Part shown: positions 49,147 through 58,579 of the stretch, in pieces
Layout of the letters: each line of letters opens with the position of its first letter
Numbering within the stretch: the stretch's first letter is position 1
Source: Bdellovibrionales bacterium
GTDB lineage: Bacteria; Bdellovibrionota; Bdellovibrionia; Bdellovibrionales; UBA1609
DNA length: 64,000 nucleotides
Direction of reading: 5' to 3'
Assembly: GCA_965200875.1 (NCBI GenBank)
Contig: OZ241456.1
Span: 1,440,001-1,504,000, forward strand
Notes under the pieces: generated by a model
Told to the model about the DNA's origin: nothing
The model's database searches: none
Seen by the model: the letters and a program-made list of their open reading frames with translations, nothing else
Made by a program: the position numbers and the translations under genes

Positions 49147-49233
49147 TTGCCCATCCAATATCCAAGGTTAAAAGTTAATTTTATCTTAATTCCTACATAT
49201 CCATCACTGGTCAAAACTAATCATTCTTGGAGC

Positions 49234-51003
49234 TTAGCGGTCCAGCTCTCCAGCGATAACATTCATACTTCCTAAAATGGAGATTACATCGGCCACCAAT
49301 GTACCTTGTATTTGCTTGGGAAAAGACTGATAAATGGCAAAACAGGGAGGACGCACTTTTAAACGATAAGGTTGTCCACTTCCATCACTTATCAAATAAA
49401 AACCCAGCTCTCCATTGGCCGCCTCAGTGGCTGAATAGGTTTCCCCCTCAGGTGGTCTTAAACCATTCATTACCAACATAAAGTGTTGCATGAGGCCCTC
49501 AATATTACCATACACATCTTTTTTCTCTGGCAAAACAATATTTCTATCCCGAATGCTGTAGTCTCCAGGCGGAATATGAGGTGCCACTTGCTCAATAATT
49601 CTAAGGGACTCCCGCATTTCTGCCACTCTTACTAGGTAGCGATCATATACATCCCCGGTGGTGCCGGTGGGAATATCAAAATCCAACTCATCGTAGCCAT
49701 AATAAGGGTCAGCTTTTCTCAGGTCCAAATTCATACCTGTTGCCCGTAAACAAGGCCCTGTGTATCCCCACTGTATGGCCTCTTCCACAGACAAAGCACC
49801 AATACCTTGCGTGCGATCCATCCATATCCGATTTCCTGAAAGCAAAAGCTCCAGTTCATCCACTCCCTTTTTCATCTCCTCACAGAAAACCAAAACATCT
49901 TTAAACCAATCCTTAGGAGGATCCTGAGCCATTCCCCCCACTCGGGTAAGAGACACTGTAAGCCTTGCCCCGCAAAGCTTTTCAAACAAAGTGTAAACTT
50001 TTTCGCGATAAGTAAAAAGATGAAAAAAGCCGGTTAAAGCACCTAGATCAACAGCATTTGCACCAATACACACAATATGATCAATAATGCGGGAAAGCTC
50101 ACAGAGGATAACCCGGATGGCTTGAGCTTTCGGAGGTGCCTCCACCTCGAAAAGTTTTTCCACTGTTTTACAATAGCCCACATTATTCATGGGAGCGGAA
50201 CAATAATTAAGCCGATCCGTATAAGGGATAACTTGGTTATAGGGGTGGGTTTCCGCCATTTTTTCAAAACATCTGTGAAGATAACCTATTTCCACTCCGG
50301 CACGATATACTTTTTCCCCTTCCATTTGAGCCATAATGCGTAAAGTGCCATGAGTGGCAGGGTGTGAAGGACCAATGTTCAGAGGAATCAAGTCTTTTTC
50401 CTCATCGTCTGTGTTTTGATGATCTTCAGATATATGACCAGCCGAACCATTGTTGGAAGCCACTTTGTTATCCGTGCCGTTGGACATATTGTTGGCAACA
50501 GAACCAGGTTCGTTATCAAAGTGCAGAGGCAAAGCCTCAGTGCAATGTTGTTGATGATCGGCCAGATAGTCTTTCCGTAAAGGATGGCCTTTGAACTGAT
50601 GATGAGTCAGCAAACGCCTCATATTAGGATGATCTTCAAACATCACCCCAAACATATCGTAAATCTCCCGTTCAAACCAGTCTGCTGTTTTCCATACAAA
50701 TTGAGCAGTGGGTATTTGTTCCCCTTCTTTTAAGGCACTTTTTATTCTCAACCTGCCAGCAGTTTTGGAAGAAAAAAGCTCATACACAATTTCAAACCTT
50801 TTTTCTCTTTTTGGATAGTCCACTCCAGCCACTTGCATTAAAAAGTCAAATTGACCACTTTCTTTCAGATATCTCAGCAAAGGCACGACATGGGATGGAG
50901 AAACGATGACAATGTAATCTCCAAACTTTTCCTGAAATGTAAAGTTTTTGTTGGGAAACTTCCGACAAATCTTCTCTCGAAGAGATTTAAAAGATTGTTT
51001 CAT
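49234..51003 (-). CDS. nuoCD: NADH-quinone oxidoreductase fused subunit C/D
   Basis: WFEREIYDMFG and GHPLRKDY (NuoC); GPSHPATHGTLR, GYLHR and GELDR (NuoD). Confidence 0.96.
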   Translation of the reverse strand: MKQSFKSLREKICRKFPNKNFTFQEKFGDYIVIVSPSHVVPLLRYLKESGQFDFLMQVAGVDYPKREKRFEIVYELFSSKTAGRLRIKSALKEGEQIPTAQFVWKTADWFEREIYDMFGVMFEDHPNMRRLLTHHQFKGHPLRKDYLADHQQHCTEALPLHFDNEPGSVANNMSNGTDNKVASNNGSAGHISEDHQNTDDEEKDLIPLNIGPSHPATHGTLRIMAQMEGEKVYRAGVEIGYLHRCFEKMAETHPYNQVIPYTDRLNYCSAPMNNVGYCKTVEKLFEVEAPPKAQAIRVILCELSRIIDHIVCIGANAVDLGALTGFFHLFTYREKVYTLFEKLCGARLTVSLTRVGGMAQDPPKDWFKDVLVFCEEMKKGVDELELLLSGNRIWMDRTQGIGALSVEEAIQWGYTGPCLRATGMNLDLRKADPYYGYDELDFDIPTGTTGDVYDRYLVRVAEMRESLRIIEQVAPHIPPGDYSIRDRNIVLPEKKDVYGNIEGLMQHFMLVMNGLRPPEGETYSATEAANGELGFYLISDGSGQPYRLKVRPPCFAIYQSFPKQIQGTLVADVISILGSMNVIAGELDR

Positions 51004-51075
51004 GGCTGTTGTTCCTGAAATGTAAAATTCTTAACAAAGAGTACATAAGGGGATCTCAAATCCATCAAATCCACT

Positions 51076-51621
51076 TTATCTCCATACACCGGGCTTCCAG
51101 TTTTCCTTCCAAGGACGAGGAGTTTGATCCGTAATCATTTTCTGTATAACCATAACCCCATCCATAACGGCCTCCGGCGTTGGTGGACATCCAGGAATAT
51201 ACACATCCACGGGAATAATTTTATCCACTCCCTGCAAAACATGATAAGCCCGATAAAATCCTCCTGAACTGGCGCAAGCCCCCATTGAAAGCACAAATTT
51301 CGGTTCCAGCATTTGTTCATACACCCGAAGAATGACTGGTGCCATTTTCTCCGTAATGGTTCCTGCCACAATCAATAAATCTGACTGCCTAGGCGAAAAA
51401 CGCACCACTTCCGCGCCAAAACGAGCTAGGTCATACCTAGGCCCCATAACAGACATCATCTCAATGCCACAACAAGCTGTTCCGTAAGGCATAGGCCAAA
51501 GCGAATTTCTCTGCCCCCAAGCAGCTATTTTCCGAGCCTGAGTGGTAAAAACAAAAGAACCAGTACCTCCTGCCTGGTCTTTTTGCATTTTCGAACCTTG
51601 GTTATCCCGATTTGCTTTCAT
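51076..51621 (-). CDS. nuoB: NADH-quinone oxidoreductase subunit B
   Basis: [22 protein letters not shown] and PGCPP motifs. Confidence 0.97.
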   Translation of the reverse strand: MKANRDNQGSKMQKDQAGGTGSFVFTTQARKIAAWGQRNSLWPMPYGTACCGIEMMSVMGPRYDLARFGAEVVRFSPRQSDLLIVAGTITEKMAPVILRVYEQMLEPKFVLSMGACASSGGFYRAYHVLQGVDKIIPVDVYIPGCPPTPEAVMDGVMVIQKMITDQTPRPWKENWKPGVWR

Positions 51622-51876
51622 TTAAACCCTCTTTTTTTGCTGATAAACTGTATTTTCCTCTAAATTGAGGCTTAAAAAATAACTTCTTGTAAACAAAAAT
51701 AAGTCCTGTTAATGTAACAGTGAGCATAAAAACACTTTACTGTTTACCTTTTTCTTTTATAAAGCTTTGTTTTCTGCTTTAAACGCAGGTATAAGGCCCC
51801 TGAAAATGCAAACTGTATAGAATATAACTTTACTTTGAACATAAAAATAAATCAATAAAACATCGCGGAAAACATT

Positions 51877-54159
51877 TTGATTAAAAAAAAATCCCCTCGT
51901 CATTTGGTCCCTAAGTCTGTTAAAGACGACAAAAAAACCTCTTTGATTCGTCAAAGAAAACTCCATCTGCGGAAAACTCTTGCTTTTCAAAACCTTACAG
52001 GCACTGTTAAAAGACATCCCGATGGTTTTGGTTTTTTTATTCCTGAAGATCCCAAGTATCCGGCTGATATATATCTTTCCAAAAGACAAATGTGTGGCTT
52101 AATGAGTAATGATAAAGTGAAGGCAGATATTTTTTCCCGCCTGCGAGGAAAATCATCCGGCTTAAAAAAAACCTCCAGTGCTCCTCAGGACCAAAAAGTA
52201 CTTTTTTCCGGAAAAATTCTCCAGCTTGTCCAAAGGGCGCAGGAATTTGTGATTGGGCAATATCTGTCCTTATCTGATACAACCGGCATTATCAGGGATA
52301 ATAGCTTTCAATGGGGAGAGGATTTAAAGATTCAGATCAAAAAAAATCAAAAAATCAAAGCTGGAGAATGGGTGCAGGCCAAAATCACCCACTGGCCGGA
52401 AAACCCAAAAGGCTTATGTGGAGAAGTGATTTGTTCTCTGGGGCTTTTTCCAGAAGCACTGGAAGATAATATTCGCATTGTACAACGGCACAACATTCCA
52501 GCCTCCTTCTCCTCGGAATGCTTAAAAGAAGTGAACGCCATACCGGAGTCCTTTTCAAAAGATATTCTGGATAAAAGAAGGGACTTAAAATCATTGGCTT
52601 TTGTCACTATAGATGGAAAAACAGCTCAGGATTTTGATGACGCCATTTATGTTTCTTCTCACTCAAGAGGATGGAAACTTTATGTGGCGATTGCTGATGT
52701 AAGTCACTATGTAAAAAAAGACTCAGTAATGGATAAAGAGGCCCGACTCAGGGGAAATAGCTCTTATTTCCCAGGATTTACTCTTCCCATGCTGGCGGAA
52801 AAACTGAGCAACAACCTTTGCTCTTTAAAACCACATGAAGATCGCTTGGCTTTTGTGGCAGAAATACATTTCAACACAAAAGGTGAAAAAGAAAGTGGCA
52901 GGTTTTATTCAGCAGTGATTCAAAGCCAGGCCCGTTTAAGTTACGGATCAGCGCAGGAAATCATGGAACAGGCAGAGGACAATGATTCTGACGACAGATG
53001 GCCGATTGAAGTAAAAAAAAATGTGCTTTCCGCTGAAAAACTGGCCCGCCTTCTACTTGAAAAAAGGCTTGAAAAACATTTTATTAATCTGGAAATACCA
53101 GAGACTGAAATATATTTAAACTCCCTCGGAGAACCAATGGACATTATCCAAAGCCGACGGTTATTTTCCTACCAGCTGATTGAAGAGCTTATGCTCTCCG
53201 CCAATAAGGCTGTCGCGGAATATTTGCAAAAAAATAAAATTCCCTCTCTTTATCGTGTACATGATTCTCCAAAACCGGATTCCCTGAAATTTTTGGAATC
53301 ATTTACAAGAGGTCTGGGTACTGATCTGAAACTTGTGGAACCAGATTTACAAAAAAAAATATCTTTTCTTATCAGGAAATTTGCAGATCACCATTTATCA
53401 GAAGTCTTGCAGATTCTCATTTTGCGATCTCTTTCACAAGCGATTTATAGTGCTCATAATAAAAAACATTTCGGTTTAAACGCTTTACATTATACTCACT
53501 TTACTTCCCCGATTCGCCGTTACAGTGATCTGGTTGTTCATCGCATTTTAAAATCATGTTTGGCGAAAAAAGCACTTCCTTATACCACTCAGGAACTGGA
53601 ATCCATCGCGGAAATCACAAGTGCCTCTGAACAAAGATCCGTAAAGGCGGAAAGACAAATTAAAGATATAAAAAAGGCGCGATTTTTAAAAAAGCGACTG
53701 GGAGAGGAAATGGAAGGAATAATCTCTTCTGTTACTCGCTTTGGTATTTTTATAAAACTGAGATTATATGATATTGAAGGACTGGTACATGTCAAAAATT
53801 TAAAAGGCGACTGGGAGTTTGAAGAATCTTTGCTGGAATTAAAGGCCAAATCCTCTGGATTTCGATTTAAAATGGGTGACTTTGTGTCCATTCAAGTGAT
53901 GTCTGCTAATATTGATACAGGCCAAATTGATTTTAAATTGATGAAGCACAAGGGGAAAGAAAGCCAGCTTTTTGAAACCACAAGACTTTCTTCAGGCTCC
54001 CAAAAACAGGAAAAAAAAGGGAACTCCCGCAGGAACAAGGTACGGAAAAAAGACAAAAAAAGAACAAAAAGAACCAGAAAAACAAGGAACAGGGCAAAAT
54101 CCGGCAGAACAGCCAATATAAATAATCACAGGAAAAAAAGAAGAAAAAAAAGATATTAA
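51877..54159 (+). CDS. rnr: Ribonuclease R
   Basis: HPDGFGF, TIDG.TAQDFDDA and HFTSPIRRY motifs; S1 domain; basic tail. Confidence 0.95.
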   Translation: MIKKKSPRHLVPKSVKDDKKTSLIRQRKLHLRKTLAFQNLTGTVKRHPDGFGFFIPEDPKYPADIYLSKRQMCGLMSNDKVKADIFSRLRGKSSGLKKTSSAPQDQKVLFSGKILQLVQRAQEFVIGQYLSLSDTTGIIRDNSFQWGEDLKIQIKKNQKIKAGEWVQAKITHWPENPKGLCGEVICSLGLFPEALEDNIRIVQRHNIPASFSSECLKEVNAIPESFSKDILDKRRDLKSLAFVTIDGKTAQDFDDAIYVSSHSRGWKLYVAIADVSHYVKKDSVMDKEARLRGNSSYFPGFTLPMLAEKLSNNLCSLKPHEDRLAFVAEIHFNTKGEKESGRFYSAVIQSQARLSYGSAQEIMEQAEDNDSDDRWPIEVKKNVLSAEKLARLLLEKRLEKHFINLEIPETEIYLNSLGEPMDIIQSRRLFSYQLIEELMLSANKAVAEYLQKNKIPSLYRVHDSPKPDSLKFLESFTRGLGTDLKLVEPDLQKKISFLIRKFADHHLSEVLQILILRSLSQAIYSAHNKKHFGLNALHYTHFTSPIRRYSDLVVHRILKSCLAKKALPYTTQELESIAEITSASEQRSVKAERQIKDIKKARFLKKRLGEEMEGIISSVTRFGIFIKLRLYDIEGLVHVKNLKGDWEFEESLLELKAKSSGFRFKMGDFVSIQVMSANIDTGQIDFKLMKHKGKESQLFETTRLSSGSQKQEKKGNSRRNKVRKKDKKRTKRTRKTRNRAKSGRTANINNHRKKRRKKRY

Positions 54160-54167
54160 AAAAAAAT

Positions 54168-54338
54168 TGAAATCCAGTGACTAAACAGCCGATATAAATG
54201 AATGAGGCAATATCTTTACAAGGTTTGTAATTCACCCAGCCTTTGAACAGCTGATTGGTGATGATTCAGCCATAAAAACTGAAAAACTCAACCCATTGGA
54301 TAAAAAAAACTCAAATAAATTTTTAAACAGCCGATATA
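54168..54338 (+). promoter_or_regulatory. Two tandem putative sigma-28 (FliA) promoters
   Basis: TAAACAGCCGATATA at 54182-54196 and 54324-54338, with GAAA or TCAA 15 nt upstream of GCCGATAT. Confidence 0.6.
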
Positions 54339-54400
54339 CAAAAATGAAGCTTTAAAAAATTAAAATTATTAAGCCACTGACACTTTATGGAGAAAATATA

Positions 54401-54790
54401 ATGAGTATTATAATGAGATTTCACGGAATGGAACAAAAAGAACATCCCCGCCATTTAAAGGACTATTTAGAGGCTTTGCTTCGTCATGCTCCTTCCCGCT
54501 CCACTTGCCATTTTCATATTTTTAAAGAACCTAAAGGATATTTGTGCAAACTGACTGTTCACTCCAATATTAAAACTTTTTCCTCTCATTATAAAGATGA
54601 AACTATGAAAGACACTGTAAAAACAGTTTTAAGAAATGTTAAAGCGCAAATTGCAGGTTGGAAGAAAAGTCGCTCTTCACTGGAGTTAACAGGAGTCACT
54701 TCTGTCACCAGTTTAAATCTGACGGCTTTGGATGCACTAGACGAACAAGAGAATGAGCAGGAACACTATCACTTAAAAAAAGTCGCTTAA
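54401..54790 (+). CDS. Hypothetical protein, possibly HPF/RaiA-like fold
   Basis: SD GGAG. Size and beta-alpha-beta3-alpha pattern are reminiscent of HPF; weak call. Confidence 0.55.
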   Translation: MSIIMRFHGMEQKEHPRHLKDYLEALLRHAPSRSTCHFHIFKEPKGYLCKLTVHSNIKTFSSHYKDETMKDTVKTVLRNVKAQIAGWKKSRSSLELTGVTSVTSLNLTALDALDEQENEQEHYHLKKVA

Positions 54791-54880
54791 CCTGTCAATC
54801 AGGACCAAGAACGCCACACACATTCCTCCTTTTTTTAAATTTTTTGGAAAATAGTTGCTGTATGCTAAAATAGACAGGAC

Positions 54881-56641
54881 ATGGATCTGGTTAAATCTTT
54901 AAAAAAAACCGTAAAAAATCTGCCAAGACAATGTGGTGTGTATATTATGAAGGACGCAGGAAATCGTCCAGTTTATATTGGAAAAGCAAAAAATTTGAAG
55001 TCCCGGGTTCAATCCTATTTTTCCAATGATAAAAGTTTTAAAAACACTTTCTTAATTCCCCGGATTCATCGTATTGATTATATTTTGACGGATACGGAGG
55101 TGGAGGCATACCTGTTGGAAGCCAGTTTGGTGAAAAAACACAAGCCTCGTTACAATGTCCGCTTAAAAGATGATAAATCTTATCCTTATATCCGTTGTTC
55201 TATGGAAGACAACTTTCCTCGTTTTCATATCGAAAGAAGAGTCAAAAAAAAGGGGTCACTTTATTTCGGACCTTATACAGATGCTGGTTTTGTTCGACAA
55301 ATGATTCAATTCTTAAATCAGCAGTTTAAAATCAGAGATTGCAGTAATCATTTTATGAAAGGAAGAGTAAAACCCTGTTTGACTTATCATATCGGTGATT
55401 GCTCTGCTCCGTGTGTGGATAAAGTGAGTCAAAAAAATTATCTTCAGCAGGTTAAGAAGTCTTTGGAGTTTTTAAGAGGGAAAGGTAAAATTCTTTTAAA
55501 GAGTATGGAAGAAGAGATGAAAAAATTATCGGAAGAAGAGAGATTTGAAGAAGCCACCCGATTGAGGGATCGTATAAAAGCGATTGAATTTTGTCGCGCA
55601 AAACAATCTGTTGTTAGTCAAAAACAAAAAAATATGGATGTGATAGCTTTCCACAGAGAGGAAAAAGCAATATTATTTCAAACATTGCATGTCAGGTCAG
55701 GTGTGATTGTGGGACATCGTTTTTATTATTACGATTTTCCGGTTAGTTCCAACCTGCTTCAAAGGCACAAGATGAAGAAGGTTTTTTCACATAAAAGCAC
55801 TTTGCCGGAAACAGCATCAAATAAAATAAAAAGCCTTGGCGAAGACCATCTTCTTTTCGGACTTATTGCTCAATATTATATAGATAATTTGCTTCCTGAG
55901 CTTTTGTTACTGTCTGTAGAACAAATCGGCAAAGATATGCTTACCTTGCTAGAGCAGATTCTTTTTAAGATAAGCGGAAAATCAGTTTGTATTCGTGCAC
56001 CCAAGGGAAGTGTGGAAAAAAAGTTAATGAACATGACTTTAAAAAACGCTTATACCCGATTTAAAGAACAGTACTCAAAAAACCAATCATTATGGGAGGC
56101 TTTAGGGGATATTCAGAAAAAATTTCATTTAAAAAATCTTCCAGAGAGAATAGAGTGTTTTGATATCTCTCATTTTCAAGGTAAAAATCAGGTGGCCTCT
56201 CAAGTGGTTTTTGAAGGAGGAGTGCCTAAAAAAGAGGACTACAGGAGATATAAAATACAGACAGTAAAAGGTGTGGACGATTTTTCTGCTATTAAGGAAG
56301 TTTTAGATCGCCGGTTTAGACACACGGAACATGCTGATCCTCATTTATTGGTTGTGGATGGCGGAAAAGGGCAACTACAACAAGCTTTGTTGGCCCTGAA
56401 AGAAGCCGGACGAGAAGAAATACCAGTAGTTGCTATGGCTAAAGCACGAGTAAAGTCAGATTTTTCTTCAGGAGATGTGAAGTCAGGAAAAGAGCGGTTT
56501 TTTATTCCAAAAAGAAAAAATGCTATTGTTTTGCCTGCCCATTCAGAATCGTTGAAGATTTTAATGTATTTGCGTGATGAAGCTCATCGTTTTGCCATTA
56601 CTTATCACCGTCGCCTGTCACAAAAATCTTTTTTCTCTTAA
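54881..56641 (+). CDS. uvrC: Excinuclease ABC subunit C
   Basis: GVYIM..YIGKAKNL GIY-YIG domain; DDKSYPY, IECFDISH, VDGGKGQ and RDEAHRFAI motifs. Confidence 0.96.
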   Translation: MDLVKSLKKTVKNLPRQCGVYIMKDAGNRPVYIGKAKNLKSRVQSYFSNDKSFKNTFLIPRIHRIDYILTDTEVEAYLLEASLVKKHKPRYNVRLKDDKSYPYIRCSMEDNFPRFHIERRVKKKGSLYFGPYTDAGFVRQMIQFLNQQFKIRDCSNHFMKGRVKPCLTYHIGDCSAPCVDKVSQKNYLQQVKKSLEFLRGKGKILLKSMEEEMKKLSEEERFEEATRLRDRIKAIEFCRAKQSVVSQKQKNMDVIAFHREEKAILFQTLHVRSGVIVGHRFYYYDFPVSSNLLQRHKMKKVFSHKSTLPETASNKIKSLGEDHLLFGLIAQYYIDNLLPELLLLSVEQIGKDMLTLLEQILFKISGKSVCIRAPKGSVEKKLMNMTLKNAYTRFKEQYSKNQSLWEALGDIQKKFHLKNLPERIECFDISHFQGKNQVASQVVFEGGVPKKEDYRRYKIQTVKGVDDFSAIKEVLDRRFRHTEHADPHLLVVDGGKGQLQQALLALKEAGREEIPVVAMAKARVKSDFSSGDVKSGKERFFIPKRKNAIVLPAHSESLKILMYLRDEAHRFAITYHRRLSQKSFFS

Positions 56642-56771
56642 AAAAAACAGTCTGCTCAACACAAACTCACTAAAGCTCAACCACCCAGATCCTGTTTTTG
56701 ATTCATCTCTAAGTTTTGCAAATCTCTATATATTGACTTTATGACCTGTGTTATTTATCATTCAAACAGTT

Positions 56772-56945
56772 ATGGAAAACAATTTAACAAAGCAACAACT
56801 CAATCACCTAACAGAAAATGGCTTTACAGTCGAACAGGCAGAGGCTATTGTTCGAGCCAGAGAGAAAAGATCTGTCAATAAAAAAGATCTGGAGCTTTTG
56901 AAAAAAAACTCAAAGCTTTGGACTTTAGAGGTTTTGATAATATGA
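56772..56945 (+). CDS. Small ORF resembling a DUF1640/Bdr-type N-terminus; possibly a remnant
   Basis: LTENGFTVEQAEAIV...VNKKDL pattern; 57 aa; stop overlaps the next start (ATGA). Confidence 0.45.
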   Translation: MENNLTKQQLNHLTENGFTVEQAEAIVRAREKRSVNKKDLELLKKNSKLWTLEVLII

Positions 56946-57829
56946 AAAAAAAACTAAAAAAAAAGAACCACTGGCCGGCGGAAGTTATTCACTCACCTAC
57001 TCCCATATTAAATGATCCTACACAAGCTTATTTAAAGGAAATCGGAAAATTTCCTGTTTTAAGCAAAGAGGAGGAAGAAAAACTCAGTAAACTATTTTAT
57101 GACACTAAAGATCCCAAGATAGCCAAAGATCTGGCGCAAGCTAATCTGCGGTTTGTCGTTAAAATTGCCGCAGAATACACTTGTTTCGGTTCCCGTTTGA
57201 TTGATCTGATTCAAGAGGGTAATATAGGACTTCTACACGCCATTAAAGAGTTTAACCCCTATAAAGGTGTACGTTTGATTACTTACGCGGTTTGGTGGAT
57301 TCGAGGATATATTCAGGAATATCTCATGCGACAATATTCTCTAGTTCGCATTGGAACCAGTGCCAAACAAAAAAAATTATTTTATCTTTTAAAAAAACAA
57401 CAGGAAAAACTGACGCAACTACCTTATCAGGAAAGTATAAAACTTCTGACTCACTCCGGTTTTAAAGAAAAAGAAGTACGGGAAATGCAACAAAGGATTA
57501 CAGGTCGGGATTTTAGTTTAGATCAACCCGTTGGTGAAAACGGCCACATTCTGTCTGCGCAAGCAGGAGAAGAAGAACGCTCTCTGGAAGAAAATCTTAA
57601 TTTTTTACAAGAAAAAAATCTTTTAAAAAAAAGCATTAAAAAACTTCGGCCTGATTTAAATGACAAAGAATTATTTATATTGGATAATCGTCTGCTTTCT
57701 GATAGCCCTCTCACTTTGCAAAAAATCGGCGACAAATTCTCCGTCACAAGGGAATACATACGACAAGTGGAAAGTTATCTGATGCAAAAAATCAAAGACC
57801 AGATGACAGATTTGAAACAGGTTGGATAA
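56942..57829 (+). CDS. RNA polymerase sigma factor, RpoH/sigma-32-like
   Basis: ANLRFVVKIA, DLIQEGNIGL and TYAVWWIR motifs; RpoH-box-like QKKLFY.L. Confidence 0.9.
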   Translation: MKKKLKKKNHWPAEVIHSPTPILNDPTQAYLKEIGKFPVLSKEEEEKLSKLFYDTKDPKIAKDLAQANLRFVVKIAAEYTCFGSRLIDLIQEGNIGLLHAIKEFNPYKGVRLITYAVWWIRGYIQEYLMRQYSLVRIGTSAKQKKLFYLLKKQQEKLTQLPYQESIKLLTHSGFKEKEVREMQQRITGRDFSLDQPVGENGHILSAQAGEEERSLEENLNFLQEKNLLKKSIKKLRPDLNDKELFILDNRLLSDSPLTLQKIGDKFSVTREYIRQVESYLMQKIKDQMTDLKQVG

Positions 57830-57845
57830 TAGGAAATATCAAAAA

Positions 57846-58388
57846 TTACTCTACAACAACAAAACCACTTTTACCTTTTAAGGTTAAATATTTCGCCAAG
57901 TCTGGATCAACTTTCGCACCGCCCAATTTCACCCACCACAAATTCGCTTCGGTCAAATTCGCCCTTACTAGGTTTGCCCCTCGCAAATCCGCAAGTCTCA
58001 ATTTCGCACCACTCAAATTCGCACCACTCAAATTCGCATTACTCAAATTCGCCCGTTCCAAATTCGCACCGGTCATATCCGCTACGGCTAAATTCGCATC
58101 GGCCATATTCGCTAGGGCCAAATATGCCAAGAACAAATTCGTATGGCTCAAATTCGCCCATCGAAGATACGCACTACTCAAATTCGCTTCGGTCAAATTC
58201 GCACCACTCAAATTCGCTTCGGCTAAAAATAACCTGCTCAAATCCACACCTGATAAATTACAATTATGCCGTCCAGGCTTATTTATATACTCTCTATAAT
58301 TATCAATATTACATGTAGACTCAGATTCATTCTGACCATAGCTCCAAACACTTAAGCTTAAAAATAGTAAAGCAATTATCAATCTCAT
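57846..58388 (-). CDS. Secreted pentapeptide-repeat protein (paralog of 23677-24372)
   Basis: SD AAGGAGG; signal peptide; ANLSG repeats encoded by 15-bp tandem units. Confidence 0.92.
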   Translation of the reverse strand: MRLIIALLFLSLSVWSYGQNESESTCNIDNYREYINKPGRHNCNLSGVDLSRLFLAEANLSGANLTEANLSSAYLRWANLSHTNLFLAYLALANMADANLAVADMTGANLERANLSNANLSGANLSGAKLRLADLRGANLVRANLTEANLWWVKLGGAKVDPDLAKYLTLKGKSGFVVVE

Positions 58389-58479
58389 TATTTACCTCCT
58401 TAATATAATTAATTTTTGTTTTAATTGATTATATTAAAAACCACAACTGTTAAAAAATAACGGATGTAATCTTTACACA

Positions 58480-58538
58480 GTCGATCTGAATAAATGTTAA
58501 CGCATTGTTATCATTTGATTTTTTTTTATAAACAGTTC
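58480..58538 (-). repeat. Dispersed intergenic repeat, copy E
   Basis: Reverse complement gaactgtttataaaaaaaaatcaaatgataacaatgcgttaacatttattcagatcgac matches copy A 5544-5602. Confidence 0.85.
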
Positions 58539-58579
58539 CCTGAGTTCGCCTTTTGAGAGGGTTTAAAATATGTAAGTGA

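Larger units (their letters stand above)
39757..49229. mobile_element. Accessory/defence island inserted between nuoCD and nuoE
   Basis: Nine non-respiratory genes split the nuo cluster; degenerate repeat ACTA(A)TCATTC(C/T)TG at both junctions. No integrase seen. Confidence 0.7.

Noticed and set aside
35264..51621. Absence of nuoA, nuoH and nuoJ-N as gene loss
   Set aside because: The membrane-arm genes may simply lie in another cluster, as I recall for Bdellovibrio. This cannot be judged from this window.
57974..58318. HSNSH-repeat ORF on the + strand
   Set aside because: Antisense reading of the 15-bp pentapeptide repeats.
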